Shown: positions 20,865-30,790 of the stretch, in pieces
How positions within the stretch are numbered: the stretch's first letter is position 1
Layout of the letters: each line of letters begins with the position of its first letter
Source: an uncultured bacterium
GTDB lineage: Bacteria; Patescibacteriota; Minisyncoccia; Phycocordibacterales; UBA6065
Length of the DNA stretch: 64,000 nucleotides
Direction of reading: 5' to 3'
Assembly: GCA_963841935.1 (NCBI GenBank)
Contig: CAWJEP010000004.1
Span: 14,975-78,974 of the forward strand
Notes under the pieces: generated by a model
The model's input: the letters and a program-made list of their open reading frames with translations, nothing else
What the model was told of the DNA's origin: nothing
Databases searched by the model: none
Program-made: the position numbers and the translations under genes

Positions 20865-21422
20865 ATGCAACTCGGAATCGTCGACATCTACAGATTGTAT
20901 CGCCTTGGACTTTTGCCACGATGGATGTGGGAAAAATGGTCAGAAAATCTCAAGAACGAAGTTTCTTTGCCCGTATCTTTTAACCGTGAGAATCGCATTC
21001 GCAGGACTTTTCTTGGGATTTCTTTCGGCCTCGCTTGTCTTTATCCGGGGTTGACGGAACTAGAGATTCGGCTCTTTGGGCCGATATCCCTCGGTTTCTT
21101 CTTTCTCTACATCTCTTACACCACGCGGTTCATCCGGTGGGCGAGGGATGTCAAAAAGCTTTATGGGTATAGTCACACTGGTCTCAACAGCTTTTTGGAC
21201 ATAAGTCACAGGGAGTTTGAGCAGCAGGTTCGAGCACGGCTTGTTTCCATCGCTCGGGACGTAATCGAGCGACAAAAACAACAGCCTCAAGAGACGAAAT
21301 CATATTTGCGGAAGTTATTCAATCGGCACCATTCGTTCTTTCTCAAGTTTTACCTCGTTGACAGGTCTTGGAGACCTTATTTCAACGCGGCGGAAAAGCC
21401 TTTGGCTCCCGTTTCCGTCTGA
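20865..21422 (+). CDS. Hypothetical protein with two hydrophobic segments
   Basis: 185-aa ORF with own promoter (20713-20740), AAAGGA SD and terminator at about 21427-21451. Confidence 0.65.
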   Translation: MQLGIVDIYRLYRLGLLPRWMWEKWSENLKNEVSLPVSFNRENRIRRTFLGISFGLACLYPGLTELEIRLFGPISLGFFFLYISYTTRFIRWARDVKKLYGYSHTGLNSFLDISHREFEQQVRARLVSIARDVIERQKQQPQETKSYLRKLFNRHHSFFLKFYLVDRSWRPYFNAAEKPLAPVSV

Positions 21423-21453
21423 AATCAAAACCGCCTTTCGGCGGTTTTTTTGT

Positions 21454-22017
21454 TTAGCTGACTCGTTCGCGGTATTCTCCCGTGTCGGTGTTTATTTTTA
21501 TGATGTCGCCTTCATTTATGAATAGGGGAGCATTGACCGTGGCGCCCGTCTCGACGGTGACGACTTTGTTTCCGCCTTTTGAAGTGTCGCCGCGGACGGC
21601 CGGAGGCGCTTCTGTCACTTTGAGCTCGACGGTGATGGGAAGTTTCACTCCGAAAATTTTCTCGTCAAAAATGCGAGCCGTGACGACCGAGCCGATCTTG
21701 AGAAACTTTCTGCCGTCGCCGAGGACTTCTTCCGAGAGTTTGAAACGGTCCGCCGGATTGTCCGGCGCGGAGAACCACCAATCGCCACGGCTTTGATACA
21801 TATATTTGACCTCCTTTTCTTCAATTTCCGCTTCTTCGGCTTTTTCCGCCTGATGGAAAGTCAGCTCGACGACGCGACCGTTTATGACGCCCTTGAGCTT
21901 CGCCTTGTTTTGCGGTTTTCTCTGCTGCATTCTGAAAATATGCGCGTCGAGGACTTCGTACGGCTCGCCGTCGACGAGGATGACTTTTTTCGGCAGGATT
22001 TCGTTGTATTCAAGCAT
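21454..22017 (-). CDS. efp: Elongation factor P
   Basis: PPAVRGDT, ETGA.VNAPLFINEGD.IKINT. Confidence 0.93.
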   Translation of the reverse strand: MLEYNEILPKKVILVDGEPYEVLDAHIFRMQQRKPQNKAKLKGVINGRVVELTFHQAEKAEEAEIEEKEVKYMYQSRGDWWFSAPDNPADRFKLSEEVLGDGRKFLKIGSVVTARIFDEKIFGVKLPITVELKVTEAPPAVRGDTSKGGNKVVTVETGATVNAPLFINEGDIIKINTDTGEYRERVS

Positions 22018-22071
22018 TTTGTTTTTGGAATCGGAAAATCCATACTATCCGAGCCGCCGAAAAAAGTCCAA

Positions 22072-22215
22072 TTAAAGAAGGGTTTTAATCAGGCCCAAGA
22101 TGCCGATAAAGACCACCATAATCCAGAGGGGAATGGAGAAAGTCACATTGTAGACGGGAACAAATTGTATGAGGGCGCCGAGTGCTATTACTACGAGCCA
22201 GAAAAGAATCTTCAT
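22072..22215 (-). CDS. 47-aa two-helix membrane protein (below ORF-track cutoff)
   Basis: MKILFWLVVIALGALIQFVPVYNVTFSIPLWIMVVFIGILGLIKTLL*, starts 3 nt after the recA stop. Confidence 0.6.
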   Translation of the reverse strand: MKILFWLVVIALGALIQFVPVYNVTFSIPLWIMVVFIGILGLIKTLL

Positions 22216-22218
22216 AAT

Positions 22219-23292
22219 TTATTCGGACTCCGCCGAGCCCGCGGGCGCGGGCTCGGCTACGGGTTCGCCTTTTTCAAGAGCCTGTTTAATTTCCTTGAGA
22301 ATGGTGCTTTCCGTTTTTTTGTTTTCTTTTAGGAAAATTCTCGTGGCGTCATAGCCGCGGCCCAAAGTCTCTTCGCCGTATTTGTATGAGCTTCCCGATT
22401 TTTTGATGATGCCGAGCTTTTCGCCCAAAGCGATGATTTCGCCTTGGCGGCTGATGCCTTCGTTATACATAAGGTCGAATTCAGTTTGCTTGAAAGGCGC
22501 GGCGACTTTGTTTTTGACGACTTTCACCCGCACGCGTCCGCCCATAATCTCGTCGCCTTTTTTAATCTGCGCTATGCGACGAATGTCGAGGCGAATCGAG
22601 GTGTAAAACTTCAAAGCTTTGCCGCCGGTCGTCGTTTCCGGATTGCCGAACATTACGCCGAGTTGCATTCGGATTTGGTTGATGAAAATAATTATCGTTT
22701 TTGATTTCGCGGTGATGGCGGTCAATTTGCGGAGAGCTTGAGACATAAGCCGCGCTTGTTTGCCCATTTGCGCTTGGCCCATATCGCCCTCGATTTCATC
22801 TTTTGGCGTCAGTGCCGCGACGCTATCCACGACTATGACATCTATTTTTCCGGAGCGGACGAGCGACTCCACTATTTCAAGAGCTTGTTCTCCGGTATCA
22901 GGCTGGGAAATGAGGAGGTCGTCGATTTTCACGCCGAGTTTCTTCGTGTATTCGGGGTCCATGGCGTGTTCGGCGTCGATGTAAGCGCCGATACCGCCTT
23001 TTTTCTGGGCTTCGGCGATGATATGAAGAGCCAGAGTCGTCTTACCCGAAGATTCCGGACCGAATATTTCTATTATGCGGCCGCGGGGAATGCCGCCGAC
23101 GCCCAAAGCGTAGTCGAGGCCTATTGAGCCGGTGGGCACGACGTCAAAATCGACTTTCGGTTTTTCGCCGAGCATCATTATCGATTCTTCGCCGAATTTA
23201 GTCCTTATAGCCGCTAGAGTGTCGTCCATATTGGGCCTGACTTTCTCCGTTTCTTTTTCTTTTACCGCGATTTTTTCGTTTTTCTTCGCCAT
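22219..23292 (-). CDS. recA: Recombinase RecA
   Basis: [38 protein letters not shown]. Confidence 0.98.
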   Translation of the reverse strand: MAKKNEKIAVKEKETEKVRPNMDDTLAAIRTKFGEESIMMLGEKPKVDFDVVPTGSIGLDYALGVGGIPRGRIIEIFGPESSGKTTLALHIIAEAQKKGGIGAYIDAEHAMDPEYTKKLGVKIDDLLISQPDTGEQALEIVESLVRSGKIDVIVVDSVAALTPKDEIEGDMGQAQMGKQARLMSQALRKLTAITAKSKTIIIFINQIRMQLGVMFGNPETTTGGKALKFYTSIRLDIRRIAQIKKGDEIMGGRVRVKVVKNKVAAPFKQTEFDLMYNEGISRQGEIIALGEKLGIIKKSGSSYKYGEETLGRGYDATRIFLKENKKTESTILKEIKQALEKGEPVAEPAPAGSAESE

Positions 23293-23298
23293 ATAAAA

Positions 23299-23652
23299 TT
23301 ATTGTTCCGTTAATTGCAAAGTTTTCGTTGTTTCTTTGCCGAATTTATCGCGTCCATAAATCGTTACGATATTATATCCTTTTGAAAGAATAATGTCCTC
23401 GCTAAAGTTGCCGTTTTCGTCGGTAAATATTTGCCGGCCGTCCAAAGTCATAAACACCACGTTTTTCGCAATGCCGATTATCGTTATTTCCGTCGTCGAT
23501 GATACGGCGCCGTTTTCCGGCGCCGTAATGGATATCTCGGGGCCCAAAGCCAGGTTTCGAACTTGGAAAGACGCGTAAAAAATAAGTCCCAATGCTATGA
23601 CCAAAATAATTCCAAGTCGGATTCTTTTTCTGACGATTTCTCTTTGGTTCAT
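23299..23652 (-). CDS. Membrane-anchored small Ig-like protein
   Basis: N-terminal TM then GPEISITAPENG..L.KGYN.V beta domain. Confidence 0.7.
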   Translation of the reverse strand: MNQREIVRKRIRLGIILVIALGLIFYASFQVRNLALGPEISITAPENGAVSSTTEITIIGIAKNVVFMTLDGRQIFTDENGNFSEDIILSKGYNIVTIYGRDKFGKETTKTLQLTEQ

Positions 23653-25838
23653 ATAGCGTCTCCGGAGCTTTTTTCGTTTTCGGCGCCGCCCGTTCCAGTT
23701 CCGCCCAAAATGTCTCGCGGCTTGGCGCCGTCGGCGGCTCCAATGACGCCGCGCTCTTCGAGCAAATCCATTAGGCGGGCGGCGCGGGAATATCCGACGC
23801 GGAGTTTTCTTTGGATGTATGAAGTCGAAGCTTTGCCGGCTTCGATGACGGCGGCTTTGGCGTCTTCGTAAAGCTCGTCGTCGTCCTCGACACTGCCGTC
23901 GACAACAGAATCGAATAGGACGTTTTTGTCGGCGACGGCTTGTTCCGTCAGATTAAGTTCGCTCGGAATATCGTCGGCGCTGTTGGTAATGATAAACTTC
24001 ACGACTTTTTTCACTTCACCTTCGGAAATATAAGCCGATTGAATGCGCGCGGGTTTGCTCATTTCGCCGGAAAGATAAAGCATGTCGCCGGCGCCGAGGA
24101 GCTTCTCGGCGCCGATGGTATCTAGAATGGTGCGCGAATCGACTTGAGAAGAAACTTGAAAAGCCATACGTGCCGGAATGTTGGCTTTGATGAGACCGGT
24201 AATGACGTTGACCGACGGCCGCTGTGTCGAAAGCAATAAGTGAATGCCGACGGCGCGAGACATTTGAGCCAGCCGAACGATTGCCGCTTCAAGCTCGCGC
24301 GGATACGTCGTCATAATATCGGCCAATTCATCTATGATGATGACAATAAAGGGCATAGTATCCGGCGCTTCTTCGTCTTCGACGCGTCTCTTTGCCGCTT
24401 CGCCGCCGATTTTTTTGTGATAAGAATCAATGTCTCGGACTTTATTGGCCTCAAGAATGTCATACCGTCTATCCATTTCTTTAGCCGCCCATTTCAAAGC
24501 GAGAATAGCTTTCTTGGAGTCGGTAATGACCGGCGTGAGGAGGTGCGGTATGCCTTTATAGAGCGTCAGCTCGACGCGCTTCGGGTCAATCATAATGAAT
24601 TTTAGTTCTGCCGGAGAATTTCTGTAGAGAAGGGAAGTGATAATCATATGAATGGATACGGATTTGCCGGAGCCGGTCGTGCCGGCAATGAGGGCGTGAG
24701 GCATTTTTCCGAGATTGGCGAAATGAGACTTGCCGGAAATGCCGCGGCCCAAAGCTATGAGTAAAGGTTTGTCGGAGACGCGGAATTCTTCGCTTCCGAG
24801 TAGCGTGCCAAGACCCACGATGGTTTTCGTCGAGTTCGGCACCTCGATACCAACCAAAGATTTACCTGGAATCGGCGCTTCTATGCGCAAAGGGTGGGCG
24901 GCCAAAGCAAGGGATAGATCGTTTTGCAAAGCAACGATGCGCGAAAGTTTTACGCCTTCGGCCGGCTTTAAAGCGTAGCGCGTGACGGACGGACCTATGG
25001 AAACTTCATCCATTTCCACGTCAATACCGAAATTCATCAATGTTCTTTTTATGATGTTGGCGTTGCCTCTCACGTCTCCGACGCCCGGCGTGCCGTGGTC
25101 ACGCTCGAGAAGGTCTAATGGCGGCGGTATGTAAGCTTTGTCGCTTTCGCGAGACGGAGTTTTGATGAATGATTTGACGTCTCCTTCCGCGACGGCGATT
25201 TTTACTTTCTCGTCTTTTGTTTTTTTCGGTTTCTCGACAGGTTTTTCTTCTTCCTGTTCTTCTTCGCCGACTGTTATCTCGACATTATCTTCTTCAAACT
25301 CATCCTCGTCTTCTTCATCCTCATCTTTTTTCCACCAAATGGAAGAAAACAGTCCGGCGAAATCTATTTCGGCATTGAAAGCGATGATTATCGAAGCGAC
25401 GAGAATAGCAGAAAGGAAAATAACACTCGCCGTCGTGGCGAAAAATTTAACGAAAGGATACGCCACGGCGCTTCCGATTACGCCGCCATCGCCCGCTTTG
25501 GCTATGTCAATGAGACCTAGCGCGGAGAAAAGAAAAAGAAGCGAACCGATAAGTTTTAATATGTCGAATCGCTGATGAATGTTTTTTAGGAAAGCCACAC
25601 CGAGGGCGACGAGAATAATGGGCAAAAGATAATAGCCGAGACCGAGAAGATACGAGAGTCCTTGGTACGTGTAATCGCCGGCCGGTCCCGCATAAGAGCG
25701 CGCGGCAAGCAATGAAAATATTGCTACCACGAAAGCGATGATAGCGATAACTCCTTGAAGCGCCTCGTCGCGCAGACCGCCGAGTCTCCTTTTTTCCTTT
25801 CTAGATTTGTCTTCCTTTGCCGATTTTTTCTTTGCCAT
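23649..25838 (-). CDS. ftsK: DNA translocase FtsK
   Basis: N-terminal TMs, AGTTGSGKS, IIDELAD, TQRPSV, gamma domain RVGYSRAARLMD. Confidence 0.97.
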   Translation of the reverse strand: MAKKKSAKEDKSRKEKRRLGGLRDEALQGVIAIIAFVVAIFSLLAARSYAGPAGDYTYQGLSYLLGLGYYLLPIILVALGVAFLKNIHQRFDILKLIGSLLFLFSALGLIDIAKAGDGGVIGSAVAYPFVKFFATTASVIFLSAILVASIIIAFNAEIDFAGLFSSIWWKKDEDEEDEDEFEEDNVEITVGEEEQEEEKPVEKPKKTKDEKVKIAVAEGDVKSFIKTPSRESDKAYIPPPLDLLERDHGTPGVGDVRGNANIIKRTLMNFGIDVEMDEVSIGPSVTRYALKPAEGVKLSRIVALQNDLSLALAAHPLRIEAPIPGKSLVGIEVPNSTKTIVGLGTLLGSEEFRVSDKPLLIALGRGISGKSHFANLGKMPHALIAGTTGSGKSVSIHMIITSLLYRNSPAELKFIMIDPKRVELTLYKGIPHLLTPVITDSKKAILALKWAAKEMDRRYDILEANKVRDIDSYHKKIGGEAAKRRVEDEEAPDTMPFIVIIIDELADIMTTYPRELEAAIVRLAQMSRAVGIHLLLSTQRPSVNVITGLIKANIPARMAFQVSSQVDSRTILDTIGAEKLLGAGDMLYLSGEMSKPARIQSAYISEGEVKKVVKFIITNSADDIPSELNLTEQAVADKNVLFDSVVDGSVEDDDELYEDAKAAVIEAGKASTSYIQRKLRVGYSRAARLMDLLEERGVIGAADGAKPRDILGGTGTGGAENEKSSGDAI

Positions 25839-25874
25839 GTCATGAAATTATAACAGAAAATATTTGCTTTTATT

Positions 25875-26628
25875 TTTGTCCTTAATATAATGGACAACAT
25901 TCGATAGTAACGATAAAAAGGACAAGCGAAAACAGCCGTTAATATATAAAGGACATATATGGAAAACAAAAAGGACACACAAGGCAATAACCAAGACAAT
26001 CAAAAGCAAATAGCCGGTATGACTGTCTTTGACAGCCGAGCCCACTTTGCTTTCGTCCAGAAGAAAACGGAAAAACTTGTCGCCGCCATTTACGTCGTTT
26101 CAAACTTTATAAAGGACAACGAACCACTCAAATGGTCCATCCGCGAGAAAGCCCTGGAACTCCTCGAGCTCGCGACACTTCTCAATTTCGTTTCTCTCGA
26201 CGAGCGTCGAGCGATACTTCGAAACCACCAATCGGTGGCGTCCGAAATCATCTCTCTTTCCGGCGTAGCCCGTGTAAGCGGTCTTTTTTCGGAAATGAAC
26301 CACGATATTATTAAAAGGGAATTCGAGACGCTTCTCCGCACCATAGATGAGAGCGAAAAGAAACAAGAGACTTCCGTCTTTGCTCCGGATTTCTTCGAAA
26401 CGAAAAGTCTTCTCGAAAGACCATCATCGCCAGATGTCCAATACGGACAAAATTCTTCCGCTGAGTCCTTTATGAATAACCGAAAAATTCAAAAGGACAA
26501 AGTGAACGCCAACCAGCCAAGAAAGACGCAAAATCAGGCCACTATAGAACAAAACATAAAGGACAAAGACAGGAAAACACTAATTATCGATATGTTAAGG
26601 AAAAAAGACGGTTTGGGCATAAAGGACT
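25875..26628. repeat. Cluster of AAGGAC motifs (9 copies; 5 exact ATAAAGGAC)
   Basis: ATAAAGGAC at 25946, 26109, 26465(-), 26556, 26619; further AAGGAC near 25878(-), 25918, 25971, 26493. Confidence 0.8.
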
Positions 26629-26753
26629 TTGTTAGTGTCATTTCCGGCGTAAGCGCCAAAACTATTCAGCGTGAGCTCCTTTCTCTCGTAGCCGAGGGCC
26701 ATATTCGCAAGGAAGGCGATAGGAGATGGTCTCGCTATTTTATCGCCCGCTAG
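25959..26753 (+). CDS. Helical-bundle plus C-terminal DeoR-like winged-helix DNA-binding protein
   Basis: KKTEKLVAAIY..EPLKW N-terminal helices; IKDF..SGVSAKTIQRELLSLV.EG.IRKEGDRRWSRY wHTH. Confidence 0.8.
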   Translation: MENKKDTQGNNQDNQKQIAGMTVFDSRAHFAFVQKKTEKLVAAIYVVSNFIKDNEPLKWSIREKALELLELATLLNFVSLDERRAILRNHQSVASEIISLSGVARVSGLFSEMNHDIIKREFETLLRTIDESEKKQETSVFAPDFFETKSLLERPSSPDVQYGQNSSAESFMNNRKIQKDKVNANQPRKTQNQATIEQNIKDKDRKTLIIDMLRKKDGLGIKDFVSVISGVSAKTIQRELLSLVAEGHIRKEGDRRWSRYFIAR

Positions 26754-27014
26754 CCATAAATAAGGCCATTTTTGCATCGTTGACGGGAATCGCGCCGTAG
26801 TATAGTATGTAATGACTGGAAAAACCCATTAAAACAAAGGCGCAAATCGACAAAATCGTTTGCGTTTTTGACTTCATAGGGTTATCCACATTTGTATATT
26901 TTGCGGCTGTCCGCCGCCAATATATAATTGTTTGCGAGGCAATGTTTTTGCCTTCCGTTCGTTGACAATTGAATATTCCCCAAAGAAGACAATTGTCAGT
27001 TAAATAATCAGTTA

Positions 27015-27290
27015 TCTACTTTTCCGGCTCTGTCGACTTGGTGTGGCGATTCGGCGCATTTTTCGTGCCCCGAATCGCCACACTAAAAGTGAGGCGGAAA
27101 GGATAGTAGTTCGCGTCTCGACGATTACGAAAGTAGTCGGCGGACAAAAACGTTTCGCTCAAAGCAGTCGAATAGCTTTGCGAGACGGGTATTATTATTC
27201 GTTCGCTTGCGGCGCTTCGGCGTCGCATTAAAACTTCGAATGCGTTGTCGCACATTATTAATAACGCGGCGAGCATTCGTCGAATTATCA
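27015..27290 (+). promoter_or_regulatory. Long, highly structured 5' leader of the S-layer-like gene
   Basis: Stems gtgtggcgattcgg/ccgaatcgccacac, cgtctcg/cgagacg, cgattac-gaaa-gtagtcg, caaagc/gctttg, cgcatt/aatgcg. Confidence 0.7.
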
Positions 27291-27304
27291 AAAAACAAAA
27301 CAGT

Positions 27305-29392
27305 ATGACTAAATCAATTCAGACTTCAAAGGTAGTCGCGGCTGTCGTAGGTCTCGGACTTGCGGCATCTCTTCTCCTTGGTGTCTCGGCTAACGTGGCT
27401 AGCGCTCAGTCAATGACCCTCGCTCAGCTCGTTAACCTCTTTATCAGTCTCGGTATAATTCCGCCGAGCGAAGCAGCAGCCGCGCAAGCAGCTATTGCCA
27501 ACTCAGCAACAACCCCGGCGGCATCGTCCTACACCTACAACACCGACCTCACGGTCGGTTCGACAGGCGCTGACGTCACTGCTCTTCAGAAAGCGTCATC
27601 GCGAATGGCGACCTAGCCTCTGGTCTCAACACCGGATACTTCGGCGCTATCACGAAGGCGGGCGTTATGAAATAGCAGGCATCTGTTGGTGTTCCGTCAA
27701 CAGGTTACTTTGGTCCGCTTACTCGCGCGCAAAGCTTAACGGTTCAGGCTCGAGCAGACGACCACGACAACCACAACGACGACTGAATGGTTCGACGTCC
27801 TCGACGGTCACGAACACTGGCGTTGAAGGTGTCCTAACGGTCAACCTCAACTCCACTCCGTCGTCAGGTCAGAACGTCTATGAAGGCGATTCAAAAGACG
27901 GCTTGCTCGGAATCAAACTCCAAGCACAGCTTTCTCCGATCGACATTCAGCGCGTTCAGGTCGACCTCGGTAACTCGTCAAACTTCTACACGAAGTACTT
28001 CTCGAACCTTTATCTCGTTAGCGACACCGGACAAGTTCTTGCCCAGGCTGCGCTTAACCCGAACACGGTCACGAAGCAGACTTCGTCTGGTTCAAACGAG
28101 TATTACCTCACCTTCAGCGGATTCAATTACACGGTTCCGGGTGACAACTCGGTCCATGTCTTGACCGTTGAAGGCAGACCTCTACAGCTCAATCGACACA
28201 TCGCTTAACGGTACTGCCATTCCAGTCGTAATTGACGCGAATGGTATCCGCGGCGTTGACGGTGCGGGCGTAGACCAGTACGGTCCGACCAGCGGCACTC
28301 TCTCAAACAGCGTGACGCTTCAGGGTTCACTCTCTTCTAGCGCTCAGCTTCAGTTGTCTACAGACCCGTCGACTCCGCTCACAACGAGCGCTGTCGCTTC
28401 ACAGGGTTCAGCAAGCAACGAGCTTGATGGTCAGACGGCCCTCGTCTTTGACCTCTACGCTCAGAAGGATTGGATTCAGCTTGATAACCTCACCACTGGT
28501 ATCTACAACAGCAATGAATCGACTGGTGGTTCGGCCACGGCGACTACGGCTTATCTCTATGCTGGTAGCCAGCAGATAAGCTCGGCCGCAATCTCGTACA
28601 ACGCTACTGGAATTTACGGCACAGCCAACTTCCAGAACATTAACTACAAGATTGCTCAGAACACAACGCAGCCGTTCACGATTAAAGTTGACGTTAAGAG
28701 CGCAAACTCTTCGACGAAGACCTTCTACGCGACGGTTACGCAGAGTTACATCCTAGCGGAGAACTCACAGGGTAATACCTTGTATGTCTCCGGATCTACT
28801 GGCGCTTCCGGCAACCCAACGGTTTCCGGTTCAGCGACTGGTAATCCGATCTCCGTCAACTCTGGTGGACCGGTCTTCAGTCTTGTTGGTTCTCCGACAA
28901 TAACGACTGGCGCGACACCGGTTATCGCCAACAACTCGACGTCAACACTCCAGGCAGTGTTTAACGTCCAGATTCAGGCGCTTGGTTCGAACGTTTACTT
29001 CGCTGACCAGACAGCTTCATCGACCTTCGTGGTTGGTCTCTACCTTAACGGTGCGGAGACAGCCTCCCCGGCCCTTGTTGCTTCATCGACGTCAGTAAGC
29101 GTTCCTTCGAATGGTGTTGTTACGACAGGTTTGCCTTATCAGACCGGTCTTTCTACCGGTGCAGATGGTACTGCCTTCGAACTTCAACAGAACAACACTG
29201 TTACGATTCCGGTTACCTTCAACATGCAGGGTCGCGTAGTCCGCTTCTGGTGCAAGCATCACCTATGGCTCATACGCTATAGGTCTTGATAGCATCACTT
29301 GGTCTCTCGCGGGAACTGGATCGACGGTCACTTCATCCTTCATGAAGGGTCAGACGAGCTGGAGAACACCTACAGCTCAGAACTTCCCTTAA
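27305..29392 (+). CDS. S-layer-like surface protein with peptidoglycan-binding domain; multiple frameshifts
   Basis: Signal peptide, DLTVGSTGADVTALQ..TGYFGPLTRA PG-binding repeats, then S/T/N-rich beta domains across ORFs 27245, 27495 and 28168; ends NFP* at 29392. Confidence 0.75.
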
Positions 29393-29441
29393 TGATGGCT
29401 TAGTAACTAACGACGAACCGCAAGGTTTGACGTAGTTTCGG

Positions 29442-29468
29442 CAAAAGCCGCCCGCAAGGGCGGCTTTT
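29442..29468 (+). terminator. Intrinsic terminator
   Basis: aaaagccgccc-gcaa-gggcggctttt. Confidence 0.85.
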
Positions 29469-29497
29469 GCTTTATCTATTTTTGTTATACTTATTAT

Positions 29498-30460
29498 ATG
29501 AACAAGCAGAGAGGATTCATAAAATTCCTTTTGGTCATCGTGCTCGCCGCCTCCGTCATCATTGCGTTTCTATATTTTTGGCAGAAATATTCTTTGAACG
29601 GTCCTTTCTCCGCCGTGCCGGCCACCTCCGGCAATCCGAGTTCCTCATCCGTGAACCCGCTCACTAATTTCGGCTCAAATTTTTCCAATCCTTTTTCCGC
29701 CAGTTCCAACCCAAACGCTCCGGTAAAAAACTCTCCTTACGCCGGCAAGGTCACGCTTTCGGAGGGCGACGCGGCGTCTAGCTATCAGCCCGACGGCGAA
29801 TACATCGAGATTTACAACAACGGCAACTCATCCGTGAATATTACCGGCTGGACTCTCGAGAACGCTTTCGGTAATCGTCCCATTCAGACTACGGGCAATC
29901 AGGCGGTCAACGTCACTCCGGAGCAAGTCAAGATTCCGGAAGGCACGAATTTTCTCGACCCGTCGGACAATTTCGTCTTGAGCCCCATCATTCTTTCGCC
30001 GGAGGATACGGCTATCGTCACGACCGGCGCGCCGTTCGTTTCGTATCCCTACAAAATTTCGTATTCTTTTCGAGTAAACGAATGCGCCGGTTACCTCAAT
30101 TACACTTATCCTTTTAACCCGCAGATAAACGATATCTGTCCTTTGCCGAAAAACGAGACGGGCATCGATGCCGTCACGGATGTCTGTTACAACTACGTGC
30201 GTTATCTTCCGGATTGCTACGACCCGGCGGTGCAGGACAAAAATAATTTAAAAAACAATTTCCAGCAGAACTGCGTAAATTATATTGACGAACATTTCAA
30301 CTACGCCGCTTGCGTGGCCAATCACGAGAACGACGCGAATTTCAATCAGCCGACTTGGCGCGTCTTTTTGGGACTCAACCACGAACTCTGGCACGAGCCC
30401 GACGATTCCATCAAACTTTTCGACGCAAGCGGCCGGTTGGTGGACGAGATTGATTATTAA
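29498..30460 (+). CDS. Membrane-anchored lamin-tail-like domain protein
   Basis: N-terminal TM; EYIEI.N....VNITGWTLEN, D.IKLFD.SG.LVD; paired cysteines. Confidence 0.7.
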   Translation: MNKQRGFIKFLLVIVLAASVIIAFLYFWQKYSLNGPFSAVPATSGNPSSSSVNPLTNFGSNFSNPFSASSNPNAPVKNSPYAGKVTLSEGDAASSYQPDGEYIEIYNNGNSSVNITGWTLENAFGNRPIQTTGNQAVNVTPEQVKIPEGTNFLDPSDNFVLSPIILSPEDTAIVTTGAPFVSYPYKISYSFRVNECAGYLNYTYPFNPQINDICPLPKNETGIDAVTDVCYNYVRYLPDCYDPAVQDKNNLKNNFQQNCVNYIDEHFNYAACVANHENDANFNQPTWRVFLGLNHELWHEPDDSIKLFDASGRLVDEIDY

Positions 30461-30470
30461 AAATAAATAC

Positions 30471-30706
30471 AAAACCCCAGTCCAAATGCTTGCAATTAGC
30501 CGAAGCTAAAGCAAGACAATGAGGACTGGGGTCTCTGTGGCGTGGCCCTAGGGTATTTAGTTGTACCGGCTGTCTCGCGACAGTCTTGCCCTGGTGGACC
30601 AGCTTAGCCTGTATGGGGCTGTTTTCCGCGGGGAACCGGCGGCGGCCGGGGATACCCACGTATTTAGGTGCTATCGTTGATTAGTGCGCGGTGCGGCTTC
30701 ATCAAC
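30471..30706 (-). ncRNA. Candidate structured non-coding RNA, family unknown
   Basis: Own promoter TTGCTT-N16-TAATGT; stems with GCGA and cUUCGg tetraloops; long terminal hairpin plus U-run; no credible ORF. Confidence 0.55.
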
Positions 30707-30790
30707 TTGTATACATTACTCTCGCGGGAATAAAAAGCAAATCTACTTATTCACAATAAAAAAAGCCGCCCGAGGATACGGGCGGCTGGC

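Noticed and set aside
25840-27000. CRISPR array or oriC
   Set aside because: Repeats are 6-9 nt and irregularly spaced, with no cas genes; only one DnaA box and no dnaA/dnaN nearby
27665-27680. In-frame TAG in the S-layer-like gene as stop-codon recoding
   Set aside because: It lies in an indel-dense stretch; TAG and TGA both end conserved genes here (argS, ndk; glyA, metG), so code 11 applies
30411-30659. 82-aa minus-strand ORF over the RNA candidate
   Set aside because: No SD, runs through the terminator hairpin and overlaps the convergent gene
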